Shown here in pieces: positions 48,989-59,258 of a DNA stretch of 64,000 nt. How positions within the stretch are numbered: the stretch's first letter is position 1; the number at the start of each line of letters is the position of its first letter. The position numbers and the translations under genes were made by a program. A model generated the notes under the pieces. The model did no database searches. It was not told where the DNA came from and saw nothing but the letters and a program-made list of their open reading frames with translations. The DNA is taken from NCBI GenBank assembly GCA_002011125.2, contig MTMF02000009.1, positions 256,001-320,000 of the forward strand, in the 5' to 3' direction. The stretch comes from Candidatus Hydrothermarchaeum profundi (GTDB lineage Archaea > Hydrothermarchaeota > Hydrothermarchaeia > Hydrothermarchaeales > Hydrothermarchaeaceae).

Positions 48989-50128
48989 ATGACATACGCT
49001 ATTTCAAAAGGTGAAATAATAGAATATACCTGGCTAGGTAAAGAAGAAGGATACAAGGCCCTTGAACAAGAAGTTATCTTCAAGGATCTTTGTTGTGGAT
49101 GCGGCAATTGTGAAGCTGTATGCCCTGAAAATGTGATCAAAGTTAGCGAGTTCCCAGAACTGATCGGGAAGTGCACAAATTGCGGATACTGCCTAATGCA
49201 ATGTCCTAGGAGCTTCTTTTCGAGCGAAGAAGCAGAAGAAAAACTTTTCGGGGAGATAACGGAAGACGAGCTTGGGCATATAGAAAGCAAGATTGGAGTA
49301 AGAGTGAAAGACGAGGAAATAAAGAAAGTCGTACAGGACGGCGGTTTTGTAACTGCTGCTTTGAAATACCTCCTTGAAAAGAATATCATAGATGGCGCAG
49401 TAGTTTCAGCGAAAGGAGAGGATAACCCCTGGTCTCCTATGGCAAAGCTCGTTGTTTCCCCCAGAGAATTATTAGAGAGCGCTGGTACTAGATACACAAA
49501 CAGCCCTAATACTGCTGCTTTAAAAGAAGCAAAAGAGAAAGGACTAAAGAACCTCGCTATTGTTGGACTGCCATGCCAAATAGAGGCTGTGCGAAAGATC
49601 CAGAATTACCCGATAGAAGATGTGGATATCTCTGATAGAATTAAGCTGACTATATCCATTTTCTGCTCATCAAACTTCATGTATGATGGGCTGATGAATA
49701 AACTCGTTCAAGAGAAATATAGAGTTCCTTTAAAGGATATCAAAAAGATGGATATAAAGGGCAAAAACGTGTTGGTTTTCACAGAGAAAGAAGAGGTCAA
49801 AATACCTCTAAAAGAAGCATATACTGTGAAAAGGGAGCCCTGCAAAGTATGTTCTGACTTCACAGGCAGGCTGGCGGATATCTCTGCTGGGGCGGTAGGC
49901 TCTCCAGTTGGCTACACCACTGTTTTTGCAAGAACGAAATTCGCCGTTAAACTTTTAGATGACATGCTAAATTTCGGTATCTTTGAGACAATAGAACTGG
50001 AAGAAGAAAAACCGGGACTGGGAATAGCGAGAAAGCTTCAAATGAAGAAGGAAAAAGAAGCCTCTGAATATGTCAGGAAACGGATTAAAGAGGTCTTACC
50101 TCTTCCCTTTAAAGGATTGAAATTCTAG
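48989..50128 (+). CDS. FrhB/FpoF-like F420-binding flavoprotein with N-terminal ferredoxin
   Basis: CCGCGNCEAVCP, CTNCGYCLMQCPR, QDGGFVT, GTRY, VGLPCQ and C..C.DF...LADISAG. Confidence 0.88.
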   Translation: MTYAISKGEIIEYTWLGKEEGYKALEQEVIFKDLCCGCGNCEAVCPENVIKVSEFPELIGKCTNCGYCLMQCPRSFFSSEEAEEKLFGEITEDELGHIESKIGVRVKDEEIKKVVQDGGFVTAALKYLLEKNIIDGAVVSAKGEDNPWSPMAKLVVSPRELLESAGTRYTNSPNTAALKEAKEKGLKNLAIVGLPCQIEAVRKIQNYPIEDVDISDRIKLTISIFCSSNFMYDGLMNKLVQEKYRVPLKDIKKMDIKGKNVLVFTEKEEVKIPLKEAYTVKREPCKVCSDFTGRLADISAGAVGSPVGYTTVFARTKFAVKLLDDMLNFGIFETIELEEEKPGLGIARKLQMKKEKEASEYVRKRIKEVLPLPFKGLKF

Positions 50129-50142
50129 GAGGGTGTAAGAAA

Positions 50143-52488
50143 TTGCCAGAAACAAAGAAAATAAAAATAGACAAGCTCAAAGGTAAGGGCCTTACCTTCG
50201 AGGATATGATAATAGAGTTTGGTAAAATAGAAGAAGAATGGGACGAGCCAATGGGTCCTACTCCTAAGCCAAATCTCCTCGCCTTAAGATCATGGGATAG
50301 AAAGCTTCTTGAGAGATATGAGCCTTTCTATACCCCAATCTGTGATATGTGTTGCCACTGTGCTTTTGGCAAATGCGATCTTAGTGGAGGGAAAAAAGGT
50401 GCATGTGGCATAACTATAAGAGCTCAGCAGGCGAGACAGATAGCCTTGGAGAGCGCCATAGGTACTGCCTGCCATGGAGCTCACGCAAGACACATGTTGG
50501 AGCATCAGATAAAAAGGAAAGGCAGAGATTATCCAATAGACCTAGGCCTCAATGTTGCAACGGAGGCTCCTATAACTAGGACGATTGTAGGTATAAAGCC
50601 TAGAACTCTAGGAGATTTGGAGGAGGTAATGGATTACGCCGAAAAAGAATTGCAAAAAGTTCTTGCGTCTATCCATGCCGGCCAAGAGGGGGATTATATC
50701 GATTTTGAATCTAAGGCTTTGCATGTTGGAATGATAGACAACTTGGTTAAGGAGGTAGGGGACCTAGCTCAGATTGTGGGATATGATTTCCCTAAGGGTG
50801 ACCCTAATGCTCCTCTGATTGAATTCGGTGTGGGAACTATAGATCAAACTAAACCTGTGATTCTTGCCATAGGGCATAACGCTGCTCCAGGTGCTGAAAT
50901 CATAGACTATTGCGAGAGACACAACCTCTCTGATAAGGTTGAGATAGCGGGCATATGCTGCTCTGCCCACGATTTAAGCCGCAAGAAGGATTCATGTAAG
51001 ATAATTGGACCCTTATCTATGCAGACCCGTTTCGTGAGGTATGGTATAGCGGATGTTATCGTGCTTGACGAGCAGTGCGTTAGAACCGACTTACTTGAAG
51101 AAGCTATTAAGGTAAAAAGCCCAATAATTACAACTAGCGAGCAAAACTGCCGAGGATTAGAAGACCGGACAGACGATAACCCGGAGAATATTGTTAGGGA
51201 CTTAGTTGAGGGTAAGATTCCAGGGGTCTTTATTCATGACCCAGCAAAGGTCGGGGAAGTAGCGGTTGAGGTGGCTTTAAAGATAGCTCCTCTGAGGAAG
51301 GATATTAAAGCTATCCCTGACACGAAAGAGCTTATAGCACAGGCATCTCGTTGCGTAGCTTGTGAAGCCTGCCAGAGAGTTTGCCCTGTGAACCTGCATA
51401 TCTCCGAGGCTCTAAAAGAAGCTGAAAAAGGAAAGATAGATAAGTTGGCAGAGTTGAGAGACCTTTGTGTTGGATGCATAAGATGCGAGTCCGCTTGCCC
51501 CAAGGAGATACCAATAGTATCCCTAATGGAGAAGGCTGTAGAGAAACAGATCAAAGAAGAGAAATCTAAAATAAGAGCAGGTAGAGGACCAATCCTAGAT
51601 ACTGAGATTAGAAATGTGGGTCCACCTATTGTTTTTGGCGAGATCCCTGGTGTAGTTGCTTTCGCTGGGTGCTCCAATTATCCTAAGGGTGCTAAAGAGA
51701 TAGGTGAAATAGCTGAGGAATTTCTGAAGAGAAGGTTCATTGTGACCTCTTCGGGATGCGCTGCCATGGCCTTGGCCCAATATAAAACAGAGGATGGTGA
51801 AACACTATATGAGAAATATCCTGGAATCTTCGACTCTGAAGGCCTCACTAACGTGGGTTCTTGTCTAGCTAATGCACATATCTTGGGCGCAGCGGTTAAG
51901 ATACCGCACATATTTGCTAGGAGGAATCTCAGAGGGAACTTTGAGGAGATCGCTGACTATATCCTCAATAGGGTAGGAGCGGTTGGCGTAGTTTGGGGTA
52001 CGTATTCTCAGAAGGCCCTTGCTATCGGAACTGGGTTAAATAGGTGGGGTATACCTGTTATCCTTGGACCTCAGGGATCAAAATATAGGCGGCTCTACCT
52101 AGGTAGAAAAGATAAAGAAGAGAAGTGGGAGATATATAACGCCAGGACAGGCGAAAGGGTAAAAGTAGATCCCACTCCAGGACATCTCACCTACGTTGTT
52201 GAAAGCAAAGAAGAGGCCATTGTCGCTATTGCTAAGCTTGTGATGAGACCTAATGACACTACTAAGGGGAGACAAATCAAGCTGGCCCACTATATCGATC
52301 TGCATAAAAGGTACATGGGAACTATGCCGGATGACTTGCACCTTTATGTGCGAATAGAGGGAGACATACCTATGAATATGAAAGAAGAGGTCAAAGAGAT
52401 ATTAAAAGAGAAGGGCTGGAAAGAAAGGATAATTCCTGATCCAACGCTTGTTGAAAGGCTTGTATGGAAAAAGGAGGCAAAGGCGTGA
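50143..52488 (+). CDS. cdhA: CO dehydrogenase (ACDS) alpha subunit
   Basis: CDMCCHCAFGKC, GHN, ICC, DEQC, two ferredoxin motifs, GCSN, SGC, GSC and GRQIKL.HY. Confidence 0.96.
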   Translation: MPETKKIKIDKLKGKGLTFEDMIIEFGKIEEEWDEPMGPTPKPNLLALRSWDRKLLERYEPFYTPICDMCCHCAFGKCDLSGGKKGACGITIRAQQARQIALESAIGTACHGAHARHMLEHQIKRKGRDYPIDLGLNVATEAPITRTIVGIKPRTLGDLEEVMDYAEKELQKVLASIHAGQEGDYIDFESKALHVGMIDNLVKEVGDLAQIVGYDFPKGDPNAPLIEFGVGTIDQTKPVILAIGHNAAPGAEIIDYCERHNLSDKVEIAGICCSAHDLSRKKDSCKIIGPLSMQTRFVRYGIADVIVLDEQCVRTDLLEEAIKVKSPIITTSEQNCRGLEDRTDDNPENIVRDLVEGKIPGVFIHDPAKVGEVAVEVALKIAPLRKDIKAIPDTKELIAQASRCVACEACQRVCPVNLHISEALKEAEKGKIDKLAELRDLCVGCIRCESACPKEIPIVSLMEKAVEKQIKEEKSKIRAGRGPILDTEIRNVGPPIVFGEIPGVVAFAGCSNYPKGAKEIGEIAEEFLKRRFIVTSSGCAAMALAQYKTEDGETLYEKYPGIFDSEGLTNVGSCLANAHILGAAVKIPHIFARRNLRGNFEEIADYILNRVGAVGVVWGTYSQKALAIGTGLNRWGIPVILGPQGSKYRRLYLGRKDKEEKWEIYNARTGERVKVDPTPGHLTYVVESKEEAIVAIAKLVMRPNDTTKGRQIKLAHYIDLHKRYMGTMPDDLHLYVRIEGDIPMNMKEEVKEILKEKGWKERIIPDPTLVERLVWKKEAKA

Positions 52489-53000
52489 GAGTTACATCTT
52501 GGAGGATGGGACATGATCAAGGGCCTAGAAGAGCTTGGCCCATTAATCCAGATGCTGCTAGCAGGCTTATAAAAAAAGCTGAGAGGCCTGTTCTTGTAGT
52601 GGGCTCTGCTATAGAGGAAGTAGATGGGTTAATAGATATAGCTGTGCGGGTATCTAAAACAGGGATACCTATCGCGGCGACTGGTCATTCGATAAAGTTC
52701 TTCGCAGATAAAGATGTTGATGTTGCTGAGGTAAACGTAGTAGAGATAACTAATATGCTCACTGATCCAGAATGGGAGGGTCTTGACGGTCAAGGGAAGC
52801 CTGATTTGGTGATAATTCTAGGTGTTAACCTTGATCTAACTAATCAGACTTTTTCAACGTTGAAGAATTTCACTGATATCCCCGGCCTTAACATTAGTAG
52901 GTACTATAATACTAATGCCACCTATTCTTTTCCAAACTTAGATAATGAGCTGTGGTTGGAGTACTTGAATCAGCTTTGTGAGAAGCTTGAAAGCGAGTGA
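52485..53000 (+). CDS. cdhB: CO dehydrogenase (ACDS) epsilon subunit
   Basis: IKKAERPVLVVG, L.DPEW.GLDG.G..D and NA.YSFPN; GTG start overlaps the cdhA stop. Confidence 0.92.
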   Translation: MRVTSWRMGHDQGPRRAWPINPDAASRLIKKAERPVLVVGSAIEEVDGLIDIAVRVSKTGIPIAATGHSIKFFADKDVDVAEVNVVEITNMLTDPEWEGLDGQGKPDLVIILGVNLDLTNQTFSTLKNFTDIPGLNISRYYNTNATYSFPNLDNELWLEYLNQLCEKLESE

Positions 53001-53064
53001 AACTGCTTCAATTGCACGCTGAGAACCGTAAGCCTTTCTTAGGGTAGCTTCTAAAGTAGTTTAT

Positions 53065-54105
53065 ATGATCGAGATAGACGGCTCATATGGGGAAGGTGGC
53101 GGACAGATACTTAGGACATCCCTTGCTCTGAGCTCTCTAATAAGAAAGCCTATTAAGATAACAAACATAAGGGCTAATAGACCCAAACCTGGGCTGGCAA
53201 GACAGCACTTTATAGGGATAAAAGCCCTTAAAGAGATAACTAACGCAGATGTAAAGGGGCTAGATATTGGATCGACTGAGATAGAGTTCTATCCGGATAA
53301 AATTGGATCAGGCAGGCATCGGATAGAGATAGGCACAGCCGGCAGCATTACACTAGTCTTGCAGGTTCTTTTTATACCCTGTGCTTTTGCTTCAGGAAAA
53401 GTCGTGTTAGAAATATCTGGCGGTACTGACGTAAAGTGGTCCCCACCTATCGATTATGTTAGTAAGGTGTTTTTACCTATAGCCGAGAGAATGGGGCTTC
53501 GAGCTAAGTTGGAACTGATATCGCGGGGGTATTATCCTAAGGGAAATGGCAAGGTTAGAGTAGAAATCCATCCTGTTCATAGTTTTAAAGCGCTGAAAAT
53601 CACTGAGCGAGGAGGGCTTAACTGTGTAAAAGGTGTGGCCCACTCTCTTAATCTTCCATGCCACATAGTTGAGAGGATGAGCAGGGCTGCTAAGGAAGTT
53701 CTCGAGGGATATAATTGCGATATATCTATTCAGTGTAAGAAGAACTTTTCAAGTGGGTGTGGGATAACTTTGTGGGCCGAGTATGAAAAAACCTCGCTTG
53801 GCTCTGGCTCTCTTGGCGAATTGGGAAAACCTGCGGAGGAGGTGGGTAGAGAAGCTGGTCTTGAGTTATTAAACGAGATCAGGGGTAAGAGCACGGTAGA
53901 CCTTCATATGGGAGATCAAATACTACCCTACATGGCGCTTGCCAAGGGTACCTCTGAGATAGTTGTCAGAGAAGTGACATCGCATTTGAGGACCAACTTG
54001 TACATTATTGAAAAAATCTTAGGAAATAAATTTAAGATAAGTGAGGTAGATGGAGAGTATCTTATAAGGACTAAGGGCCTTGGTTTTGAGAATGAGAGTC
54101 TTTAA
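53065..54105 (+). CDS. rtcA: RNA 3'-terminal phosphate cyclase
   Basis: IDGSYGEGGGQILR, RPKPGL..QH, RGYYPKG and D.H..DQ. Confidence 0.96.
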   Translation: MIEIDGSYGEGGGQILRTSLALSSLIRKPIKITNIRANRPKPGLARQHFIGIKALKEITNADVKGLDIGSTEIEFYPDKIGSGRHRIEIGTAGSITLVLQVLFIPCAFASGKVVLEISGGTDVKWSPPIDYVSKVFLPIAERMGLRAKLELISRGYYPKGNGKVRVEIHPVHSFKALKITERGGLNCVKGVAHSLNLPCHIVERMSRAAKEVLEGYNCDISIQCKKNFSSGCGITLWAEYEKTSLGSGSLGELGKPAEEVGREAGLELLNEIRGKSTVDLHMGDQILPYMALAKGTSEIVVREVTSHLRTNLYIIEKILGNKFKISEVDGEYLIRTKGLGFENESL

Positions 54106-55066
54106 TTATTTCCTTTATTATTTCGGTTACTCCCTCTCCTGTTAAGGCAGAGCATGCCTTCGCTCCCTTTAGCTTCTTCTGTAGGTTATTTATCTCCTCG
54201 CTTGTCAGAAGATCTGCCTTGTTTAAAATCGGGATAACATGTGGGAATTCCTTTTTAATGCTGTGGTATATGTTCAACTGGGTCTTCAACTCGAAACCAC
54301 AGCTTTCTGAGGGATCTAGTACAAATAACACCTCATCTGCGAGATGCTTTAAAGCGAGGATCGCCTGCCTTTCAATAGGATTTCTATCTTCTAGAGGCCT
54401 ATCCAATAAGCCAGGGGTATCTACGACTTGATATCTCTGATGATTCGAGTGAAAATATCCGAGAAGGATTTTTTTCGTTGTGAATGGGTAACTTTCAACC
54501 TTCGGTGTAGCCGTTGTTAGAGCTCTCAGAAGAGTTGACTTCCCCACATTTGGAGCGCCTGCAATAACTATAGTAAAGGTTTCCTCGACAACAGGGAATT
54601 CATTAACGGTTTCTTTCACCTTTGCTAGAAATTCTAAGTCTTCAGATAGCTTTTTTATCAAAGATGCAAGCCTGCCGTAGAACTCGCTGCGGGATCTATA
54701 AATAACTTCCAGCTCCTTTGCTTTGCCCAGCTTAGAGTTATAGGCTTTTTCCAGATTTTTCACTTTCTTTATTGTTTCATTGATATTTTTTACTGTGCTC
54801 TTGATCTTGTCGATTCCTATAAGGGCTTCTATTAGCTCGTGATAAAAGGGCGGGAGATCATCCCAATTAGTTTTTAGGAGTTCACCAAGTTTTCGTTGAA
54901 CTGTTTTAGAAGCCGTCATAATTTTGGTTCTTTCAGACCTTCTGATTCTGGTTCTCTTGGGCCCGCCTTTATATAATGCCCTTTTGCCTTCCTTAGCCGC
55001 TCTTCTGAACGCTAGAGCCACTAGCTCATCAGCGGTTAAAATGTGCGGTAGCTTAGGAATCTTCAT
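54071..55066 (-). CDS. NOG1/Obg-like GTPase
   Basis: GAPNVGKST, YPFTTK, DTPGLLDR and NKAD. Confidence 0.93.
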   Translation of the reverse strand: MKIPKLPHILTADELVALAFRRAAKEGKRALYKGGPKRTRIRRSERTKIMTASKTVQRKLGELLKTNWDDLPPFYHELIEALIGIDKIKSTVKNINETIKKVKNLEKAYNSKLGKAKELEVIYRSRSEFYGRLASLIKKLSEDLEFLAKVKETVNEFPVVEETFTIVIAGAPNVGKSTLLRALTTATPKVESYPFTTKKILLGYFHSNHQRYQVVDTPGLLDRPLEDRNPIERQAILALKHLADEVLFVLDPSESCGFELKTQLNIYHSIKKEFPHVIPILNKADLLTSEEINNLQKKLKGAKACSALTGEGVTEIIKEIIKDSHSQNQGP

Positions 55067-55175
55067 ATTTAAATAGTATCCTCCTTAGCTTGTTCTTAAA
55101 CTATTCTTTTTATTTTGTCAACTGGTATTCTAGTAATCCAAAATTTTATATATGAATATTTGATTAATTGTTCAT

Positions 55176-55529
55176 ATGGACAGAGATGATGTTTGTGAAA
55201 TTGAACATGTGAATGAAAAAGCTGTTCAAGAAGTAAAATCCAATATGTTTGATGACCAAACGATCTTAAAGATAGCAAATATCTCTAAAATTTTAGGTGA
55301 CGCTACCAGAGTAAAAATATTATTTGCATTATCGCAAAAAGAGTTGTGTGTTTGCGATTTAGCATCTTTGCTTGGTATGAGTCAATCCGCTATTTCTCAT
55401 CAGCTGAGATTGTTAAGGAATACTAATCTAGTTAAGTTTAGAAGAGAAGGAAAAGTTGTCTATTACTCTCTTTCTGATGAACACGTAATAAAATTAATTG
55501 AAATTGGAGCTGCACATGCACAAGAATGA
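55176..55529 (+). CDS. Metal-sensing ArsR/SmtB (CadC/ZiaR-like) repressor
   Basis: [26 protein letters not shown] and YSL.DEH. Confidence 0.93.
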   Translation: MDRDDVCEIEHVNEKAVQEVKSNMFDDQTILKIANISKILGDATRVKILFALSQKELCVCDLASLLGMSQSAISHQLRLLRNTNLVKFRREGKVVYYSLSDEHVIKLIEIGAAHAQE

Positions 55530-55553
55530 TCTAAAGATAAGGAGGTAGAAAAA

Positions 55554-55754
55554 ATAAATACAAAAGATTGGCTTTTAGCGGGCATTGAAACTTTGGCGTG
55601 GTATGGATTTATTTACTATTCACTTTACAGTATAAAGAACCCTGTTAATCTATTTGTTAGTGCATCAGTTTTGTTGGTTTTGGCATACATTGGAACTATT
55701 TCCTGCCCTTGGTTCAGAAGAACTGAAGCTTTCAAAAAAATGCTTAGAGAGTAG
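55554..55754 (+). CDS. 66-aa two-TM protein absent from the ORF track (ATA start or start-lost)
   Basis: SD AGGAGGT, then ATA-NTKDWLLAGIETLAWYGFIYYSLYSIKNPVNLFVSASVLLVLAYIGTISCPWFRRTEAFKKMLRE*. Confidence 0.6.
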   Translation: MNTKDWLLAGIETLAWYGFIYYSLYSIKNPVNLFVSASVLLVLAYIGTISCPWFRRTEAFKKMLRE

Positions 55755-55782
55755 ATAACAAATCCTCTAGAGAGAATTAATA

Positions 55783-57720
55783 ATGAAAGAAACACATAAC
55801 CATAAAACTGAGAAGAGTTGCTCTACTTGTCCAACTGATATTTTTGATGAAAAAGAACCTTTATGGAAACAGAAGGGTATTTTGATTATTATAATCGCTG
55901 GGATACTCTTCGGTATCGGGCTATATTTAGAGTTTTTAGCACATCAATATTTATTTGCCCAGATTTTATTTCTTGCGGTTGTGCTGATCTCCGGGCATAG
56001 CCTCATAAAAGAAGGGCTCTTTTCTGTATGGAAAAGAAGATTGGATATAAATTTTCTAATAAGCATCGCAGCTGCAGGAGCTTTTTTAATTGGTCACGGT
56101 GAAGAAGGCGCGGCGGTCATATTTCTGTTTTATATCGCAGAATTTTTAGAAGATTATGCTACCGAACGTGCAAGAAAATCCGTCGCTTCACTTTTGAAAC
56201 TTGCACCTGAAATGGCAACGATAAGGAAAAATGCAACAGAAGTAAGAGTTCATGTGCATGAGGTCAAAGTCGGAGATATCCTTGTAGTCAAACCTGGTGA
56301 TAAAATACCTTTAGATGGAATTGTAATTAAAGGGTCCTCATCAGTAAACCAGGCTCCGATCACTGGTGAAAGCATGCCTGTCCCTAAAGTAAAAGGGGAC
56401 TATGTCTTTGCTGGAACTATTAATGGAGAGGGCTATCTTGAAATAAAGGTAACAAAAAAATCAGATGAAACCATACTATCAAAGATAGTCAAGATTGTGG
56501 AGGAAGCACAAAAAGAAAAATCAAAAACAGAAGCATTTATTGACAGGTTTGCTAAATATTACACTCCAAGTGTTGTAATTCTGGCTTTTCTTACCATGAC
56601 TTTCCCACCTCTGGTTTTTGGCTTGGAGTTCAGTGAATGGTTTTATAGGGCACTAGTATTACTTGTGGTTTCCTGTCCCTGTGCATTGGCAATTTCAACT
56701 CCTGTTTCGATAGTTTCTGGACTGACTTCTGCTGCAAAAAACGGGGTTTTAATAAAAGGTGGAAGTTATCTTGAAGAAATCAAAAATGTCAAAGTGATTG
56801 TGTTTGATAAAACAGGGACATTAACAGAGGGGAAACCTGAGGTAATAGATGTCATCGCGTTAAATGAATATTCCGAGAAGGACGTGTTACAGATAGGGGC
56901 TTCTCTTGAATCAAGATCTACACATCCACTTGCCGAGGCTATTATAGAAAAAGCAAAAGAAGAGAATGTTAAATTAAAAGATGTTCGAGCATTTAAATCA
57001 ATAGCTGGTAAGGGATTGAAAGGCAGAATTGAGGGAAAAAGATTTTATGTAGGAAGCAAGAGCTTCTTTAAGGAATTGGGTATTGAATTTCCTGATAAAC
57101 TGCTTGGAGATATTGAAGAGGAGGGGAAGACAGCAGTCTTAATAGGCAACGAAAAACATGTTATTGGAATAATTGCATTAATGGACAAGATAAGAGAGGC
57201 TTCTTATAGTCTTATAAAAGAGCTGAAGGCCAAGGGAATAACGACAATAATGCTTACTGGAGATAATGAAAAAGTTGCGAGAGTAATTGCGGAAAGACTT
57301 AAGATCGATGCATATTATGCTGAACTTCTACCAGAGGATAAGGTGGAGGTAATTAATGAGCTGTTAAAAAAACATGAACATATAGTTATGATCGGTGACG
57401 GTGTGAATGATGCCCCTGCTCTGGCTAAGGCTCATGTTGGAATTGCCATGGGGGCTATTGGTTCTGATGTAGCAATAGAAACTTCAGATATTGCTCTGAT
57501 GCACGATGATTTGACAAAGGTAAACTATCTTATCAATTTAAGCAAGAAGACAATGTCTGTTGTAAAACAAAACGTTTTAGTCTCAATTTTAATTAAAGGT
57601 TCTTTTGCAATCTTGGCATTTCCAGGAATAATCACTCTGTGGCTAGCTGTTGCTGTTGGTGATATGGGGTTGAGTTTGGCTGTTATATTAAATGCTTTAA
57701 GGATTGGAAGGGAAAAGTGA
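55783..57720 (+). CDS. cadA: Heavy-metal P1B-type ATPase (CadA/ZntA-like)
   Basis: TGES, CPC, DKTGT, HP and GDGVNDAP; N-terminal CSTC. Confidence 0.93.
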   Translation: MKETHNHKTEKSCSTCPTDIFDEKEPLWKQKGILIIIIAGILFGIGLYLEFLAHQYLFAQILFLAVVLISGHSLIKEGLFSVWKRRLDINFLISIAAAGAFLIGHGEEGAAVIFLFYIAEFLEDYATERARKSVASLLKLAPEMATIRKNATEVRVHVHEVKVGDILVVKPGDKIPLDGIVIKGSSSVNQAPITGESMPVPKVKGDYVFAGTINGEGYLEIKVTKKSDETILSKIVKIVEEAQKEKSKTEAFIDRFAKYYTPSVVILAFLTMTFPPLVFGLEFSEWFYRALVLLVVSCPCALAISTPVSIVSGLTSAAKNGVLIKGGSYLEEIKNVKVIVFDKTGTLTEGKPEVIDVIALNEYSEKDVLQIGASLESRSTHPLAEAIIEKAKEENVKLKDVRAFKSIAGKGLKGRIEGKRFYVGSKSFFKELGIEFPDKLLGDIEEEGKTAVLIGNEKHVIGIIALMDKIREASYSLIKELKAKGITTIMLTGDNEKVARVIAERLKIDAYYAELLPEDKVEVINELLKKHEHIVMIGDGVNDAPALAKAHVGIAMGAIGSDVAIETSDIALMHDDLTKVNYLINLSKKTMSVVKQNVLVSILIKGSFAILAFPGIITLWLAVAVGDMGLSLAVILNALRIGREK

Positions 57721-58027
57721 AAGTAATTTCTCCAAAAAGTCAATGAACCTTTTTTGGAAAGTTTAGGTAGAGGTTGTCCCTTAGTCACCTTGTCTTCTAT
57801 GGGCTGCTTTATGGCATCTGTTATTCCTACCCAGTCTCGTCTCCTTTTAATGATATTCTATTTATTTCGGCTTTTCACTTCTTGATTCTTAACCTGCTAC
57901 TCTATAAACCTTAATTCAACAATTTTTTCTTTATACTTAACAGTAAATTAAAAAAGACTATTTACTATTTCAGAATATAATATTTCATGGATAATCATTA
58001 TATATTTTGAAATGCTTATCGTTTTAT

Positions 58028-58933
58028 ATGAAACTCACACCGGTGCAAAGAGAAGTACTTTTAGCCTTATTTGATTTATATCACAGGTCTAGAGGAGAAG
58101 CTATTAAGGGGGAGGATATAGCTCGTTTGATAAACAGAAACCCCGGGACGATTAGGAACCAAATGCAGGCCCTAAGATCACTGGGCTTGGTAGAAGGCGT
58201 TCCGGGGCCTAAAGGAGGCTATAGGCCTACCCGTGAAGGGTATACTTCTCTGAATATGACTAAGTTTGAAAAAGAGGCGCCTGTACCGATCTGGATAAAC
58301 GATACAGCATTGGAGTCACTTAGCGTGACCGAGGTAGACCTTATTAGCATTCCAGACCCTAATAGCTGTAAAGCCTACGTCCGCTGTGTTGGAGACCTGA
58401 AAAATCTTCAGGTTGGACAGAAGGTTAGGATTGGTCCAATGCCAATTACAAAGCTCATTATGGAGGGGACTGTGATAGGCAGAGACGATATAGACAATGT
58501 ACTCCTTATTGAGATAATGGAGATGATCTCGATACCTAAAGAGAAAATTATTGACATTGCTACTAAAAATGTCACATCAATATCCCCGAAGCAGTCTGTT
58601 AGAGATGCTGCTAAGATATTATTGAAGGAGAAGATCAGAGGGGTACCTGTGTTATACAACGGCACTCCAGTAGGGATAATCTCAACAACTGATGTAGCTA
58701 GGGCTCTCGCGATGGGTATGGAGGATAGTAGTGTCAGAGAGCTGATGACCTCTAATGTTCTGACAATCCATCAGGACGCCTATCTATGGCAAGCGATAGA
58801 GAAGATGGAGAACTATAATATAAGCAGACTTATCGTAGTAGACTCAGATGGGAAGGTTAAAGGTATTGTGACGAGGACGGACATATTGTGCAGGATCGGT
58901 AAGCTGTGCCAGGCTATTTCCTCCTTCTCCTGA
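58028..58933 (+). CDS. wHTH transcription regulator with C-terminal CBS pair
   Basis: MKLTPVQREVL...NRNPGTIRNQMQAL..LGLVEGVPGPKGGY followed by two CBS domains. Confidence 0.88.
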   Translation: MKLTPVQREVLLALFDLYHRSRGEAIKGEDIARLINRNPGTIRNQMQALRSLGLVEGVPGPKGGYRPTREGYTSLNMTKFEKEAPVPIWINDTALESLSVTEVDLISIPDPNSCKAYVRCVGDLKNLQVGQKVRIGPMPITKLIMEGTVIGRDDIDNVLLIEIMEMISIPKEKIIDIATKNVTSISPKQSVRDAAKILLKEKIRGVPVLYNGTPVGIISTTDVARALAMGMEDSSVRELMTSNVLTIHQDAYLWQAIEKMENYNISRLIVVDSDGKVKGIVTRTDILCRIGKLCQAISSFS

Positions 58934-59192
58934 GCTCTTCATATACTTCCTCCAGCTCTATGTCTTTATAACCCAGTAGCACCAAGAGGTGAAATAGTAG
59001 GTCTGCTGTTTCAGAAACTATCTCGCTACGTGAATCTTTCTTAGAGGCTAGGATTACTTCAACTGCCTCCTCGCCGATTTTTTCTAGGATTTTATCTTCG
59101 CCTTTAGACATTAAGCTTGCGACGTAAGATACTGGGGGAGGATTCTTTTTTCTTTCCTTTATAACCCTAAAAACTTCGTCTAGAATATTCAT
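58914..59192 (-). CDS. hisE: Phosphoribosyl-ATP pyrophosphatase
   Basis: SY...L, KIGEEAVE and E.ADLLFH. Confidence 0.95.
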   Translation of the reverse strand: MNILDEVFRVIKERKKNPPPVSYVASLMSKGEDKILEKIGEEAVEVILASKKDSRSEIVSETADLLFHLLVLLGYKDIELEEVYEELRRRRK

Positions 59193-59258
59193 CCATCTGG
59201 CTATTTAAATCCGGTTTTTATATATTTTTTCTTACTTAACCTAGCTTTTTAGTTCATA

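Noticed and set aside
54071-54105. Convergent overlaps rtcA/NOG1 (and CBS regulator/hisE at 58914-58933)
   Set aside because: Short 3' overlaps are common in compact archaeal genomes.
2448-54431. Numerous 60-180 aa ORFs antisense to or overlapping well-supported genes (e.g. 2448, 4838, 8561, 13062, 24875, 48967, 51234)
   Set aside because: Shadow ORFs of strongly conserved genes, with no motifs or SD support.
55527-55529. Selenocysteine or read-through at the repressor TGA fusing it to the downstream ORF
   Set aside because: The repressor is complete at this stop, the downstream ORF has its own SD, and FdhA, HdrA, MvhD and the hydrogenase here all use Cys, so there is no sign of Sec usage.
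57721-57930. Possible RHH gene remnant on the minus strand (IIKRRRDWVGITDAIKQ)
   Set aside because: Too short and interrupted to support a call.
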